A stretch of 63,040 bases of DNA, filler included, from Reclinomonas americana ATCC 50394 (lineage: Eukaryota): NCBI GenBank assembly GCA_048213135.1. It is 14 parts of 14 records of this genome, joined end to end, with 100 filler letters (N's around TTAATTAATTAA, not from the genome) between each part and the next. Parts side by side here need not be neighbours in the genome. Positions count along the whole stretch, not along the records: positions 61,364 to 63,040 come from AFZH01022713.1; 13 more parts are not named here. One strand, written 5' to 3'. Position numbers and translations under genes: made by a program. This document shows, piece after piece, positions 61,909-63,040 of this stretch. Position 1 is the stretch's first letter. Each line of letters opens with the position of its first letter. The notes beneath the pieces are model-generated. The model made no database searches, was not told where the DNA came from, and saw only the letters and a program-made list of their open reading frames with translations.

Positions 61909-63040
61909 ATGCGACGGGTAACAGCCATTGCGGTCGTGGCCGCTGTTTTGGCCGTCATTTGCGCCGTCTGCACAGTGGACGCTCTGTACACGATGCCGGC
62001 ACCGCCACCGGGTTCCGCCGCAAGCAAGGGCCATTCGTACGCGGCATTCGCAGCTGCGTATCGGGCCATTGCACGAGAGTCTGGCGACTACGACAACGAT
62101 GCCGACGACTATGACGGCGACGGCGACGATGGTGACTTTGGTGGTCTCATTGACCTCGACAATAATGTCCCAGGTCTGGTTTGCGAGCGTCTGTTTGGTG
62201 TTTTGTAGTGAGTGGGCAGTGCATGGAGGGGGAGAGAGGGGTGCAGCAGACGTCCTCTCCCTTTCACCGCTTGCTCACTGTGTTCATCCATCTCTGCCTA
62301 CAGCGCCAAGCTACTCGTCGACCACACGACATGCGCTGTACCCGGCGCCCTCTTCGTCGGCGGCCGGCTGCCAGCATGCTGGTGGCGATCGCGCTCTTTA
62401 TGGCCCCTCCATGGCCAACGATTCGTTCTACCTGAACATCCCGTCGACCACCTCGTCGGGTCTCTCGGAGGACTACTACCTGCCATTCATCTGGCAGCCG
62501 CAGCAGCAGCAGCAGCAGCAGCAGCAACTGCCGGGCCCGTTCGGTCCTCCACAGCCGTTCTACGGCGGCGGTGCTCTGGGAGGCTTGCCATTCCCCAACC
62601 AGTTTGGACTGCCTCCGTTTGCCTACGGCGATCCGTTCCTGGGTCAGGGTCCGGTGCGTGGTGCTCACGTGCGACATGCTTACTTTTTGCCCTGCACACT
62701 CACGCTCTCGTGTGTTGCGCTTGCAGTTCATTGGCCAGGGACCGTTTGGTGAACCCAACTACTCAGCCTGGTACCAGAAGCAGATTTTCAACTACGCTGC
62801 TGGCTCCGGCACCAATGGCGACGGCAGCACTGGTGACGGCAGCACTGGCGGCAGCACTGGTGGTAGCACTGGTGGCAACACGGGTGGCAACACGGGTGGC
62901 AACACGGGTGGCAACACGGGTGGCAGCACGGGTGGCAGCACTGGTGGCAGCACTGGCGGCAGCACTGGCGGCAGCACTGGTGGCAGCACTGGCGGTAGCA
63001 CTGGTGGCAGCACTGGTGGCAGCACTGGTGGCAGCACTGG
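61909..63040 (+). CDS. Secreted low-complexity protein with (S/N)TGG tandem repeats (3'-partial)
   Basis: Signal-like MRRVTAIAVVAAVLAVICAVCTVDA; D-rich, poly-Q and GPF-rich exons; last exon ...GSTGGSTGGNTGG. Confidence 0.8.
62823..63040 (+). repeat. 12-bp coding tandem repeat GGCAGCACTGGT/GGCAACACGGGT
   Basis: About 18 units with mainly synonymous variation in the STGG frame. Confidence 0.95.

Noticed and set aside
62792..63037. Minus-strand (PVLP)n ORF
   Set aside because: Variation is mainly synonymous in the plus-strand STGG frame, which is spliced to a signal-peptide exon.

Overview
The window is a concatenation of 14 draft contigs joined by 13 artificial 100-nt spacers (N44-TTAATTAATTAA-N44). 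Eleven contigs come from an intron-rich, microsatellite-rich, GC-rich microbial eukaryote that I cannot name. Three contigs (15423-22396) are intronless alphaproteobacterial DNA (Hyphomicrobiales-like): GH15 start, otsB, otsA, ptsP, prmC, DUF4167, a chemoreceptor and a class V aminotransferase. I traced the eukaryotic genes by hand through their splice junctions. They are a DMAP1/SWC4 first exon, a PLAC8-RBR E3 ligase, a secreted EGF + Asp-box protein, an HU-like terminal exon, ATP synthase subunit d, INO1, TEX10/IPI1, an LCAT/PLA2G15, a TM lipase, a TPR array, UGPase, a Myb/SANT-like protein, TRM112, an FG-repeat protein, an R2R3-Myb-F-box-LRR fusion, a WD40 protein and several orphans. The most notable observations are: (1) an abundant class of 5' splice sites, H|GTTGCGT, that looks like the ordinary G|GTGCGT donor shifted by one base and is never preceded by G; (2) a U12-type AT-AC intron; (3) two unusual ubiquitin-ligase fusions (Myb-F-box-LRR and PLAC8-RBR); (4) a spliced HU/IHF-like exon. 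All family calls rest on motif recognition by eye, not on database searches.
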